Part shown: positions 24,884 to 34,369 of the stretch, in pieces
Layout: the number at the start of each line of letters is the position of its first letter
Position numbering within the stretch: position 1 is the stretch's first letter
Notes under the pieces: model-generated
Told to the model about the DNA's origin: nothing
Database searches by the model: none
The model's input: only the letters and a program-made list of their open reading frames with translations
IMG/VR virus record: IMGVR_UViG_3300006224_000012
Span: 1-57,308 of that record
DNA length: 57,308 nt
Origin: a virus
Taxonomy: Duplodnaviria; Caudoviricetes
Reading direction: 5' to 3' (one strand)
Position numbers and translations under genes: made by a program

Positions 24884-27800
24884 CCAGGATATTTAACTGC
24901 TCTTGGAACTCTTGGACCTATAGATAAGTTTCCTGGACCATAAATTCCTTCTTCTCCTTTTTGAGTTTGTATAACTCCCATTATGTTACTTCTATTCAAT
25001 GCAACTGAGTGCCAAATTGCATCATCTTCCCAACTTATTCTGGAGAATGTTTTAAAATTACAGGGGGTTACTACTCTACCTTCATCCCAACTACCAGGAT
25101 AAAAGCCATAAATGTCTAATAGTAAATGGGCAGGAATAATTGTATTATCTCCCCTATAGGTATTGGTAACTAAATCTAAACAAGAAAGATATGCATGAGT
25201 ATACCCTTGCTGCCATTGCCAAGGATGCCCTGGACCCCACCAAGCAGAAACTAATTTTCCATCAGTTGTTACTGTGGCATCCATTAAATCCCACCAATCA
25301 ACAGAATCAGGCTCAGTTAGTATTAAAGGAAGCTCTTTCATAGTCTCATCTTCTATATAGAAGAGTTTATAGTCTTCAAAATCGTTATTTGAGAAGCCAT
25401 TACATAAGAAGAAGTAAATTTTATTATTATAGGCTCCTGCTGCTGTAAGTGCTAATATATTAGCGGGATTAGATGTGAAAAACTCAGTTACACCCTGTCT
25501 ATTGTACATATAAAATGGAGTTGACCAAGACCCTGAAGTTCCTTTTATATAATAAGTAGGCCCATATACTCTAGTACTTCCCGTAGTAAATTGATTTCCT
25601 ATTATAAGATGATATACTCCACCAGTATAAAATGCTCGGTATGTCACGGTATTTTCATCCCCATATGAAGAGTAATAAGAAGGTACGGTATAAACTACCT
25701 CATCACTATAGCTATCTGTATCTTTATTAAAGGTTGTCATATGGTATTTTCTATCAGTTCTGTTATACCAAAATACAACGAGATTATCCCCTACTAATAT
25801 AACTTCTGATTGACTTCCACAACTAGCACCACTAAAGGTAGCAACTGTAGTGGCTGTTCCAAAACTATAGACTCCATTTGAGTATGTTCCTTTTAAGTGC
25901 TTAATACTAGTGCTATAAAATTCAACACGATGGATTGTATCATTACTGTCAACTGTACTCCATTGAAATATATTAGTGCTGTTTATATCATTAAAACCCC
26001 CAATATATGACCAAGTTGCACCATTATCTGTAGAACGGTATATTTGGTTTGGAGGGAGAGGGTCATAATATCTAACGGCATCCCCGAGTACTATAAGAGA
26101 ATCATCAGATAATCTATAAATATAGTCACGGGGTAATTCAGTATCCCAATATTGCGGTCCTCCAACTTCGGATGGATTTTCATAGTCCCAAACATAATAG
26201 CCATTTTCTAAATCATTTACATCAGTTACATAGTTATCATTCCAATCTATAGAAGAAAACCATCTATCATTATCAATAATAGATGCTGATGGCCTAGTTA
26301 TATCCTCTCCTTCATTCCACCAGAAAGCGCAACATTGTAAATCTTCAACTTTTCTCCACTCTTGAACAGTAATATCTCTTATTAGAAAATAAGCACTCTC
26401 AGTAGTTTCTGAATCAGTCCAATCAACCTCAATATTAAGACTAGGAAGATAATCATCCATGAAGCTAGGAAGCTGTCTTCTTACGCCTCTCCAATTTATA
26501 CCTTTTTGTTGCCAAGTATACCAATTGTTAGTTGTGGCATAAAACACTTTGTCCTCAAATCCCGTTGCTCCACCTATAAATTCTACAAGTGTTCCACTCC
26601 ATTCTTTAGTATTAGCGCCGGGAATAACAAATTTTACTTCCATAGAATATTCTCCATGACCACTAAAAACTAGTTCGTCTATATTAACCCAGAAATTAGA
26701 ACCCCATGTAGATGAGCCTGAACAAGTAGTAGATAATTTAAGACAGGTTACTCCATCTACAACTACCTTCTCTGCTGTTCCCGTAAAACCTTCATCATCA
26801 TCTATGTCTACATTATTTATATCATAGGTATCTAAGTTTACTTTGAATGGCGTTCCAACTTTAAACCATATTTTCTCATATAGACTTTTATCTTCTCCGT
26901 AAGGTGTAAAAGGAGTTACAATCTGTTGACTTTCTGTAGTGCCATCATCATAAGAGATACTTATATTATTTACTATATTTCCAGCATCATACGTATCTGG
27001 CCCAATATAATAATCCATAGAGGGAAGATAAGAAGCAGGATTTATGGCTAGTACTGAAGGAGCTAATAGTTTACAATGGCTGCAATGTATGGTTATTGTA
27101 AGGGTTACTGTCGCTGATTTGGCGGTGGTAACTACTGGGGCCAAAATTTGGGCATGAGAACAGGTTAAGATTGGGACTGAGACACTAGAGTTCATCGTTA
27201 TAGTTGGGCTAAGTAATCTTACCTGAGTAGCAGTAAGAGGAATGGCTTCGATATTTATTGATGTAATAAATGCTGGTGCTAGAATCTGAGCATGAGAACA
27301 GGTAAGAACTACTGCTACAATTTCTGTTAAAGCTCCAATTGTTGGGGCCAATAATTGAACATGTTGAGCAGTTAGTATAGATGCATCTATTAGTTGGCTC
27401 TGTATTAACGTAGGAGCAAGCAATCTTGTATTAGATGCAGTTAGAATTGATGCAGAAACATAACCTATTCCCTCCATACTTGGTGCAAGCAGTTGTGCAT
27501 GAGAACAAGTTAATGGGATTGCTTCTGTATAACTCTGAAGAATCAGACTTGGGGCTAGAATTTTAGCCGCAGATGCGGTTAATGGCACAGCAGAAATAAC
27601 ACTAACAACTACCAAACTTGGTGCAAGTAATTTCGCATGAGAGCAAGTCAATACGGCACTAGTAATAGTTGAATCTAATATAGATGTAACAATTACCGAA
27701 GGTGGTACGAGTTTACATTGTTGCGCGGTTAAAACTGGTGCTGCTATTTGAACATTGGCTAGTAGAGTTACTGTCGGTGTTAATAATTGGGCATGGGAAC

Positions 27801-29946
27801 AAGTTAAGCAAGGAACAGAAGCAAATATAAGGCAAGAAATGGTTGGAGCTAATAGTTTAGTGCTAGATATGGTAAGAGAAACTGTATCTCCTAAATAGGC
27901 TACTACGTTGGTATTAAAGTAAGCTTCGGATTCTCCATCATAAGTATGGGCACGATAGTAATAGATAGTTCCATCTGTCAGGTCTGTGTCAATATACTCG
28001 TAAGTTATGCCATTCCAATATCCAGAATCAACTACTATCCATTCTCCTGATGCCCCGATTCTGCGCTCAATTTCTATAAATAGAACATCTATATCAATAG
28101 AAGGAGTGAGTAACTGGGCATGTTGTGCGGTTAGAACAGGAGCAGCAACAGCTATACTAGAGACAAAACTTGGAGCCAATAATTTAGTTTGTTGTGCAGT
28201 TAAAGGAATCGCTGTAACTTGTGCTATAGTGCTTACAATAGAAGCTAGTATTTTAGCATGTTGTGCTGTTAATATTGGAGATAGAATCCCTACTGATATA
28301 GTTGGAGAAAGAATTTTAGTGTGTTGTACGGTTAGTATTTCTGCTACTATTTCCTTTGATGAAGGAAGAGTTGGAGCTAAAAGTTGAGCATGACTTGCAG
28401 TTAAAGGTACAGCATCAGCTTGACCAGAATGTTGAGTAGTTGCAGTTACTTCTGGAGGAATTATTTTAGTTTGTTGTGCTGTTAAAATAGTGGCAGAAAT
28501 GCTGGCATAAATATCTATTTGATAATGAGAGACATAAAAATACAAATCAGACCCATATATTATACCAAGCTCAAGTTTTTTAGTTATGTATCTATAACCA
28601 TCTGTAAGTGTAACTTCGCTTCGTATTCTATCAAAAGCTAAATGCGTGTGAGTTTCAACTACTGATGTACTAGCAGTTCCACTATCATGTAAATCAGAGT
28701 GTAATTGAAAATCAACTTCGTTATCAGGTTCAGAATAGTATCTACCAATACTATCCCAATAGGTTGCATTTAAGACGCTATAATTTGCCTCTGTATAAAG
28801 CATTCTAGAATCAGTAGCCCAAGTCCAAGTACTATCATGCGCGTGAGCTATAGGGTATTGAATTTCAACTTTCTGTAAGTCTGTTAAAGTAAGAAAAAGG
28901 TTGGCTGCATATAACTGACCTGAATAGGAAAGAGAACTTTTATGGGCTGGGATAAACTCATCACCATCATGAAAATTAGTGGCATCCCATTCAAAGTCAT
29001 CACCTATTGTATACTGTTCATTACCAACCGCACTTAATTCAGCAACTATAGAACTATCTGTGTAATTATAAAGGGCAAGATAATGAGTGCCAACATTATA
29101 TGTTTTTATTTCTAGATTACAATGGTCAACATTTTCCCAATGGCTTTCAGTTTTAAGCCAAATTCCTCCCCCCGGTATGGTAACGTAATCAGTAGAACTT
29201 GGGTACTCATAATCAGTATCTTGAAAAAGTTGAATTTGAATACGAGTTTTTGTTGCACCTTTTTGTACAATAATAATTTTTGCTGAGTGTACGGCTGTAC
29301 CATTAGGATAAGTACCATACCCTTCCATTTTTACACCATAAGTGGCACTTCCACTTACGGGAGTAAACGCCGTACTTCTCACTCTTCCAATATCATCACC
29401 TAGAGAATAAGGAACTGTTACAGATACTATTTCATCATCTGTATTATAATTAATTAGTGTAACAACACAATCTATAGTATCATCATTATCAGCAGTTACT
29501 TCAAAGTAATAGGTGCATTCTCCATCATAATCATTTGTGTTTATTGTTTGTTGTGTGAACCAAAATTTTGCCTCATTAGGATAAGTAAAATCTCCTTGAT
29601 TATGAGGTCCATTATAAATACTACATAGCTCAATAGGAACTTCAATATCCATTCTAAATACTGCATTTGTACTTGCAGTTAGAATTTTAGTTTGAGAACA
29701 AGTGATAGGAGTAGCATTAATAATTGCAATATTAGTATCAATTGAAGGAGTTAACAGTTGAGCATGAGAACAAGTTATTGGTGGTACTTCAGTAAGACTA
29801 GAAGCAATATCTCCACCAGCAATGGCAAATACACCTGTTTCTAGATGTGCAACATCTAAACTAGTAGTATCAACAGTAGAAACTTTAGCAAATACCCCAC
29901 TCCCTAGCCAAGCAAGGTCTAGAGTTTTTACATCAGGGGTTGCCAT
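24865..29946 (-). CDS. Repeat-containing fibre / receptor-binding protein (1693 aa)
   Basis: About 20 LT(C/A)SHAQLL.P repeats; Asp-box-like IYRSTDNGATWS in a probable C-terminal beta-propeller. Confidence 0.75.
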   Translation of the reverse strand: MATPDVKTLDLAWLGSGVFAKVSTVDTTSLDVAHLETGVFAIAGGDIASSLTEVPPITCSHAQLLTPSIDTNIAIINATPITCSQTKILTASTNAVFRMDIEVPIELCSIYNGPHNQGDFTYPNEAKFWFTQQTINTNDYDGECTYYFEVTADNDDTIDCVVTLINYNTDDEIVSVTVPYSLGDDIGRVRSTAFTPVSGSATYGVKMEGYGTYPNGTAVHSAKIIIVQKGATKTRIQIQLFQDTDYEYPSSTDYVTIPGGGIWLKTESHWENVDHCNLEIKTYNVGTHYLALYNYTDSSIVAELSAVGNEQYTIGDDFEWDATNFHDGDEFIPAHKSSLSYSGQLYAANLFLTLTDLQKVEIQYPIAHAHDSTWTWATDSRMLYTEANYSVLNATYWDSIGRYYSEPDNEVDFQLHSDLHDSGTASTSVVETHTHLAFDRIRSEVTLTDGYRYITKKLELGIIYGSDLYFYVSHYQIDIYASISATILTAQQTKIIPPEVTATTQHSGQADAVPLTASHAQLLAPTLPSSKEIVAEILTVQHTKILSPTISVGILSPILTAQHAKILASIVSTIAQVTAIPLTAQQTKLLAPSFVSSIAVAAPVLTAQHAQLLTPSIDIDVLFIEIERRIGASGEWIVVDSGYWNGITYEYIDTDLTDGTIYYYRAHTYDGESEAYFNTNVVAYLGDTVSLTISSTKLLAPTISCLIFASVPCLTCSHAQLLTPTVTLLANVQIAAPVLTAQQCKLVPPSVIVTSILDSTITSAVLTCSHAKLLAPSLVVVSVISAVPLTASAAKILAPSLILQSYTEAIPLTCSHAQLLAPSMEGIGYVSASILTASNTRLLAPTLIQSQLIDASILTAQHVQLLAPTIGALTEIVAVVLTCSHAQILAPAFITSINIEAIPLTATQVRLLSPTITMNSSVSVPILTCSHAQILAPVVTTAKSATVTLTITIHCSHCKLLAPSVLAINPASYLPSMDYYIGPDTYDAGNIVNNISISYDDGTTESQQIVTPFTPYGEDKSLYEKIWFKVGTPFKVNLDTYDINNVDIDDDEGFTGTAEKVVVDGVTCLKLSTTCSGSSTWGSNFWVNIDELVFSGHGEYSMEVKFVIPGANTKEWSGTLVEFIGGATGFEDKVFYATTNNWYTWQQKGINWRGVRRQLPSFMDDYLPSLNIEVDWTDSETTESAYFLIRDITVQEWRKVEDLQCCAFWWNEGEDITRPSASIIDNDRWFSSIDWNDNYVTDVNDLENGYYVWDYENPSEVGGPQYWDTELPRDYIYRLSDDSLIVLGDAVRYYDPLPPNQIYRSTDNGATWSYIGGFNDINSTNIFQWSTVDSNDTIHRVEFYSTSIKHLKGTYSNGVYSFGTATTVATFSGASCGSQSEVILVGDNLVVFWYNRTDRKYHMTTFNKDTDSYSDEVVYTVPSYYSSYGDENTVTYRAFYTGGVYHLIIGNQFTTGSTRVYGPTYYIKGTSGSWSTPFYMYNRQGVTEFFTSNPANILALTAAGAYNNKIYFFLCNGFSNNDFEDYKLFYIEDETMKELPLILTEPDSVDWWDLMDATVTTDGKLVSAWWGPGHPWQWQQGYTHAYLSCLDLVTNTYRGDNTIIPAHLLLDIYGFYPGSWDEGRVVTPCNFKTFSRISWEDDAIWHSVALNRSNIMGVIQTQKGEEGIYGPGNLSIGPRVPRAVKYPGKYSRR

Positions 29947-29947
29947 A

Positions 29948-32581
29948 TTAAGCCTGTGTTATACTTATATCATCTATATAAACAGACTCGCTTGCGCCAT
30001 AAGCATGAATTTGAATATCTACTACTCCTGCTTCTCCAGGAGTAAAATTAATTGTTAGCTGTTCCCAACTACCATCTGAAGCTGCGGCTGAATCTTCTAC
30101 ATTGGTATCTACATCTGCAATTTGATAAGCAGGACAAACCAGTTTTACAGTCATAACTGAACTGGTTTGTCTTTTTACATATACAGAAACAGTAACTTGT
30201 GTATCAGCACCACAAGCTACTTGTGCTATACTAAATGCCGTTGGAAACCATGATGTTGCTCTAGTTGAAGCCCCAAGAGTCATTTTCCAAGAAATTCCTG
30301 ATGCTGTGTGCCTCGTAGTTGCTTCATCTTCTACTATATCATATGGATTTAAGTAAATAAGATGGTTATTTTCTGTTTGATTGTGTTTTATACTGATGAA
30401 CTTATCATAGGCAGAAGTGGAAATAGAAGGTCCATTATCAAATAAACAATTAAAAAATTTATGCTCTCCTCCGTATCCATGAAGCACATCATTTACTGAA
30501 CCAGAGGTATCTGTCCAAACACAATTGTAAAAAGATGCTGGTGTGTAAAGATATATTCCACTATAACTAGAGCTAGATGCATATGCATAAAGATGGTCAA
30601 ATACACAATTAATGAACACTATATCATAAGACCTGTCTATAACGGTGTCATCATATGTAGTATAGACTTTTATATTATCAAATTTTATATGATAAGCATT
30701 CCAAGAACTAGTCATATCAAAAGTAGTATTTCCTATAATATATCCATCTTTCAATATAATAGTATTTGCTACACCACTCGCATAACTATAAAGTGGTGAA
30801 TAGGAACCTACTATTGCAAAGTCATGTAGGTATATTCCACCATTACCGTAATTATATACTCCATATACCGCTCCTACTGAACATAATCTTTCTATTTCTA
30901 TCCAATTATAATCATTATTATAGAAAGCGGCGTGTGCTTTTGAATTTCGTAGCCAAGTATATCCTGTTTGGCTACTAAAAGTGGAATCCCAACCACCGCT
31001 AAATTTAGGATAGCTTGTGGCAGAATAGTTTTCATAGGTCAGAACAAAATAATCATTCATTCTCAATGGTTCTATTTTGTATCCAGTTTTTGTTCCTGAA
31101 GACCCATTAAAATAGCTTGGATATGCAGATGTACCCCCACAAGCAGAGCCTAAAGTAACCGTAGTAGTTACAATATTTCTAACAGGGTAAAATGGGGGAG
31201 CGTCAGAACTGTTATCACTAATAACAGAAGAAAGAGAAATTGCATCGGCAGAGCTTGAAGATTTACAAGCAATAATTGTATCAGTATAAATATAACAAGC
31301 AGGCATCGCTACTGTAGCATAAACAGCAACACTTTGTATCGAAGAACCTAATGCAGAACCTTTATCTACTGTTATAGCTGACCACTTAGAATCTGTTAGT
31401 GGAGGAACATTAAAAGTATCAACTACTGTATTTCCAGACGTATCAGAACATAAACAAACTTGTAATATTCCTTCTTGAAGAATTTCAACAGAAGACATAA
31501 TCCAAAATGAAAGTTGTTGATATCCAGAGTAATCTGTTGCTCCTGCTAAAGCTTTATAGGCTAATTTACCTGTTGCCCCAGCAGAACAATTTATTCTACT
31601 TGAGTAACTCCCATTGATTTTATATGTAGTATAAACTGCTGTTGTTGTAAGAGCATTATCTTCTGACCAGACAGATTCTCCGTCATCTACTGCTAAAATA
31701 AGCCCAGAAGGAATTGTTACAGAAACAGAATCGGTTGTGAATGTACAGCTTCCTAAAGAAGTTGGTGTTTCAGATTTGGCATATTTAATAGTATCTCCCC
31801 CAGCTATTCTAGCTGCTGTTGCTCCTAGACCTGAATACCAAGGGCCAGTTTTAGGTAACGGGTATCCTATAAGTGAGGTATTATTTGTTACGTATGCTAC
31901 ATTAGAAAACCCATTAACAGGAGTACCAGTAGCTACACAGTTATAATAGTCAACAATTACTACTTGAGTAACACTACTAGTTGTGCCATCATGACTAAAA
32001 GTGTAGTTACCGCTTTCACTAGAAGCACGTTTCCAGTAAATAGAAAGTCGTTTATCTGATGCATAAGTAGTATTGGTTATTGCTGTAGAAGAAGCATCTA
32101 AATTAGACCACCCAGCGGGGGGAGTTATTGTTGGAGTTCCTGAACTTTTTTTAGCATATACATAAGCAAGAAGTATATCTCCATCTACAATTCCAGCAGG
32201 AGGAGTACAATCTACACTAGCATCTGCTTCTGCAACCATAGAACTAGCTGACCTAAAGGTTATGTTAGAGCCAGCAGCGGGGATTAGCTCTGCTACCATA
32301 GCGTGTTTATAAGGAGTAGAACTTGCTAAAGTTGCAATAGTTGGCTTTCTTAAACTTGTTGCTAGGTAATCTGCGATATAAATATCATAGTTAGCTGTAT
32401 AATAGGTATCACTACGCTCTGTCCAAGGAGAAACTACTGTAGCTGATTGAGCAGTAGCATGGTAGGCAATACCAAAAAATACATACATGTATTCATCTGT
32501 AATACCAGAATAGGGGTCAGCATAACTAGTACCATCAAAAGTATCAGAACCTATACGTGGGTCTACATAAAACGTAGTCAT
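29948..32581 (-). CDS. Tail-associated protein with probable beta-helix and carbohydrate-binding domains
   Basis: MTTFYVDP...GSD..DG N-terminus split from its GPW...GGDTI continuation by an inserted domain; F.NCVF repeats; C-terminal WEQLTINFTP. Confidence 0.65.
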   Translation of the reverse strand: MTTFYVDPRIGSDTFDGTSYADPYSGITDEYMYVFFGIAYHATAQSATVVSPWTERSDTYYTANYDIYIADYLATSLRKPTIATLASSTPYKHAMVAELIPAAGSNITFRSASSMVAEADASVDCTPPAGIVDGDILLAYVYAKKSSGTPTITPPAGWSNLDASSTAITNTTYASDKRLSIYWKRASSESGNYTFSHDGTTSSVTQVVIVDYYNCVATGTPVNGFSNVAYVTNNTSLIGYPLPKTGPWYSGLGATAARIAGGDTIKYAKSETPTSLGSCTFTTDSVSVTIPSGLILAVDDGESVWSEDNALTTTAVYTTYKINGSYSSRINCSAGATGKLAYKALAGATDYSGYQQLSFWIMSSVEILQEGILQVCLCSDTSGNTVVDTFNVPPLTDSKWSAITVDKGSALGSSIQSVAVYATVAMPACYIYTDTIIACKSSSSADAISLSSVISDNSSDAPPFYPVRNIVTTTVTLGSACGGTSAYPSYFNGSSGTKTGYKIEPLRMNDYFVLTYENYSATSYPKFSGGWDSTFSSQTGYTWLRNSKAHAAFYNNDYNWIEIERLCSVGAVYGVYNYGNGGIYLHDFAIVGSYSPLYSYASGVANTIILKDGYIIGNTTFDMTSSWNAYHIKFDNIKVYTTYDDTVIDRSYDIVFINCVFDHLYAYASSSSYSGIYLYTPASFYNCVWTDTSGSVNDVLHGYGGEHKFFNCLFDNGPSISTSAYDKFISIKHNQTENNHLIYLNPYDIVEDEATTRHTASGISWKMTLGASTRATSWFPTAFSIAQVACGADTQVTVSVYVKRQTSSVMTVKLVCPAYQIADVDTNVEDSAAASDGSWEQLTINFTPGEAGVVDIQIHAYGASESVYIDDISITQA

Positions 32582-32591
32582 TTATTCTCCC

Positions 32592-33854
32592 TTATGTTTC
32601 TATAACTCCTGCGCTCCTTAATGCCGCAAGAATTTCATTTATCTTTTCTTCTACTGGAGTAGGAGTTGCACTTTCTTCTACATCTGCAATTTCTGCTTGG
32701 CGAATAATGCTAATTGGTCGCCAAATAGGTGTGGCTAACGATTGGTCCCACCCATAAAGAATGAACTCATCAGCCACCATCCTTACTTCTCCAACTACTG
32801 CTGTAGCAGCTAAATCAACTTGGGTATTAACATATTCCTGCCACGGAAATTCTTCTGGCATCTGACTCCATGCTAGTCCACCTGTTACTTCTGAAGTTAA
32901 ATCAATCATTGTTGGAGAAGCTATGGTTTGAGATACTGCTGGGGGTTTACCAGTAACTAAAGCAACTAAACCAGTATAAATTATAGAAACTCCAGGAGTA
33001 GCATCGGTTAAATCTATAGTATGGGGACAGTTATTTGTAGAAAAATCTGGATTTTGAATAAGCATATTAGAACTATTGAATGTTCCTGTTGTACTAACAT
33101 AAAGATTAATAGCTGTAGCATCAGTATAATTAGTAAGTGTAGAACAATCTATTTCTAATTTATTTAATGAGTTTGTAGATGCGGTTGTAGGTGGATGAGT
33201 AGAACAGCTATACGTAGATGGGCTATCATTAGTATATGAATTAGTATTAACATCAGTTATTGAGTCTATGAGGTCATAAGTGCCGCTAGTTCCTATTTTT
33301 CTATAAATTCTTATTGTGTCTGCACCATTGGCAGCATCAGTTAAAGATGTGAAATGGATAGTTACTTCATAAGTTTGGTCTGAGGGAACAACAACATAAA
33401 GTGCGTTACTAGGTAAGCTTTCTCCTCCACCTTTTACATAAGTTAATTTATACCAATAAGAACCTCCGGTTAATCCACCTGTATGTGGTTGAATATCAGT
33501 AGGAGTAGCTTGGTCGTTATTTGTTGGCGTATCAGGGGGAGTTAATCCTGATGGCATAGTTACTTGAGCAATTGCCGATATTCCTGTTTCTAATCCCGCA
33601 CTATCAATATAAGTTGCTGCTACATAATAAGTTACTCCAGCTAACAGCACACCACCAGTCTCGGTATCTGTTAGAGTTAAACTTCCAAGCGGGTCAGATA
33701 GAGCTACATTTCCAGTATGTCTGTGTTCGATTAACCCATTTAATACTGTGTCTACTGTTATCCAATTCCAGTAAGTAGCAGCCCAATCGTTAGTTGAGGG
33801 TACTTGCTCTTTTACTGCTGTGAATCCAAAATATGTGGTTATAAGTGTTGACAT
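32592..33854 (-). CDS. Minor tail protein
   Basis: Two GG.L..G.Y.Y..TY....GE..S Ig-like repeats; follows the hub. Confidence 0.65.
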   Translation of the reverse strand: MSTLITTYFGFTAVKEQVPSTNDWAATYWNWITVDTVLNGLIEHRHTGNVALSDPLGSLTLTDTETGGVLLAGVTYYVAATYIDSAGLETGISAIAQVTMPSGLTPPDTPTNNDQATPTDIQPHTGGLTGGSYWYKLTYVKGGGESLPSNALYVVVPSDQTYEVTIHFTSLTDAANGADTIRIYRKIGTSGTYDLIDSITDVNTNSYTNDSPSTYSCSTHPPTTASTNSLNKLEIDCSTLTNYTDATAINLYVSTTGTFNSSNMLIQNPDFSTNNCPHTIDLTDATPGVSIIYTGLVALVTGKPPAVSQTIASPTMIDLTSEVTGGLAWSQMPEEFPWQEYVNTQVDLAATAVVGEVRMVADEFILYGWDQSLATPIWRPISIIRQAEIADVEESATPTPVEEKINEILAALRSAGVIET

Positions 33855-33865
33855 TTATCTCTCCT

Positions 33866-34369
33866 TTACAAGTATCCTGCGCCTTCAAATCTAAAATGAA
33901 GCCTAAGTTTTTTTCCTTCCGATTCGTTACAATCTGGGTTTATTTGAAACACCAAAAGATAGCAACCATGATAAACCGAAACTGTTTTACACCAATGAAT
34001 CACTCTCGGAACTAAAATTGCTGGTGAGTATGTTGTGTAATCTTCACTAGCTATATAATCGGCTAAAGTATCAGGTAAGTCTAGTCCGTAAGTGGGTGTA
34101 ATTGATACTCCTTCTGAATAAGTCCCTTCCATACCCCAAGAAAAAATGGGTCTTTCAGAGTATGTGTAGGGAAACTCGATGTAATCACTTACTGCCCAAG
34201 ATATTCCGGCCACAGTTAAAGTAACATCCGTATAACCAGTAGTAACTAAGCCTTGTTTTTTCTGGTGTTCTCTGGCAGATAAGTCATTTTTAACTTTTCT
34301 TAAAATGTCTGAGGCAGAATAATCTGGCTGAGTAGGGGGAAAAACATACGATTTTAGATTTATACCCAT
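33866..34369 (-). CDS. Hypothetical tail tip protein
   Basis: 167-aa ORF overlapping the end of the hub gene. Confidence 0.55.
   Translation of the reverse strand: MGINLKSYVFPPTQPDYSASDILRKVKNDLSAREHQKKQGLVTTGYTDVTLTVAGISWAVSDYIEFPYTYSERPIFSWGMEGTYSEGVSITPTYGLDLPDTLADYIASEDYTTYSPAILVPRVIHWCKTVSVYHGCYLLVFQINPDCNESEGKKLRLHFRFEGAGYL

Noticed and set aside
6016-32581. Diversity-generating retroelement or invertible shufflon acting on the fibre genes
   Set aside because: No reverse transcriptase or recombinase in the window, no near-identical TR/VR pair differing at adenines, and no inverted cassettes seen by eye
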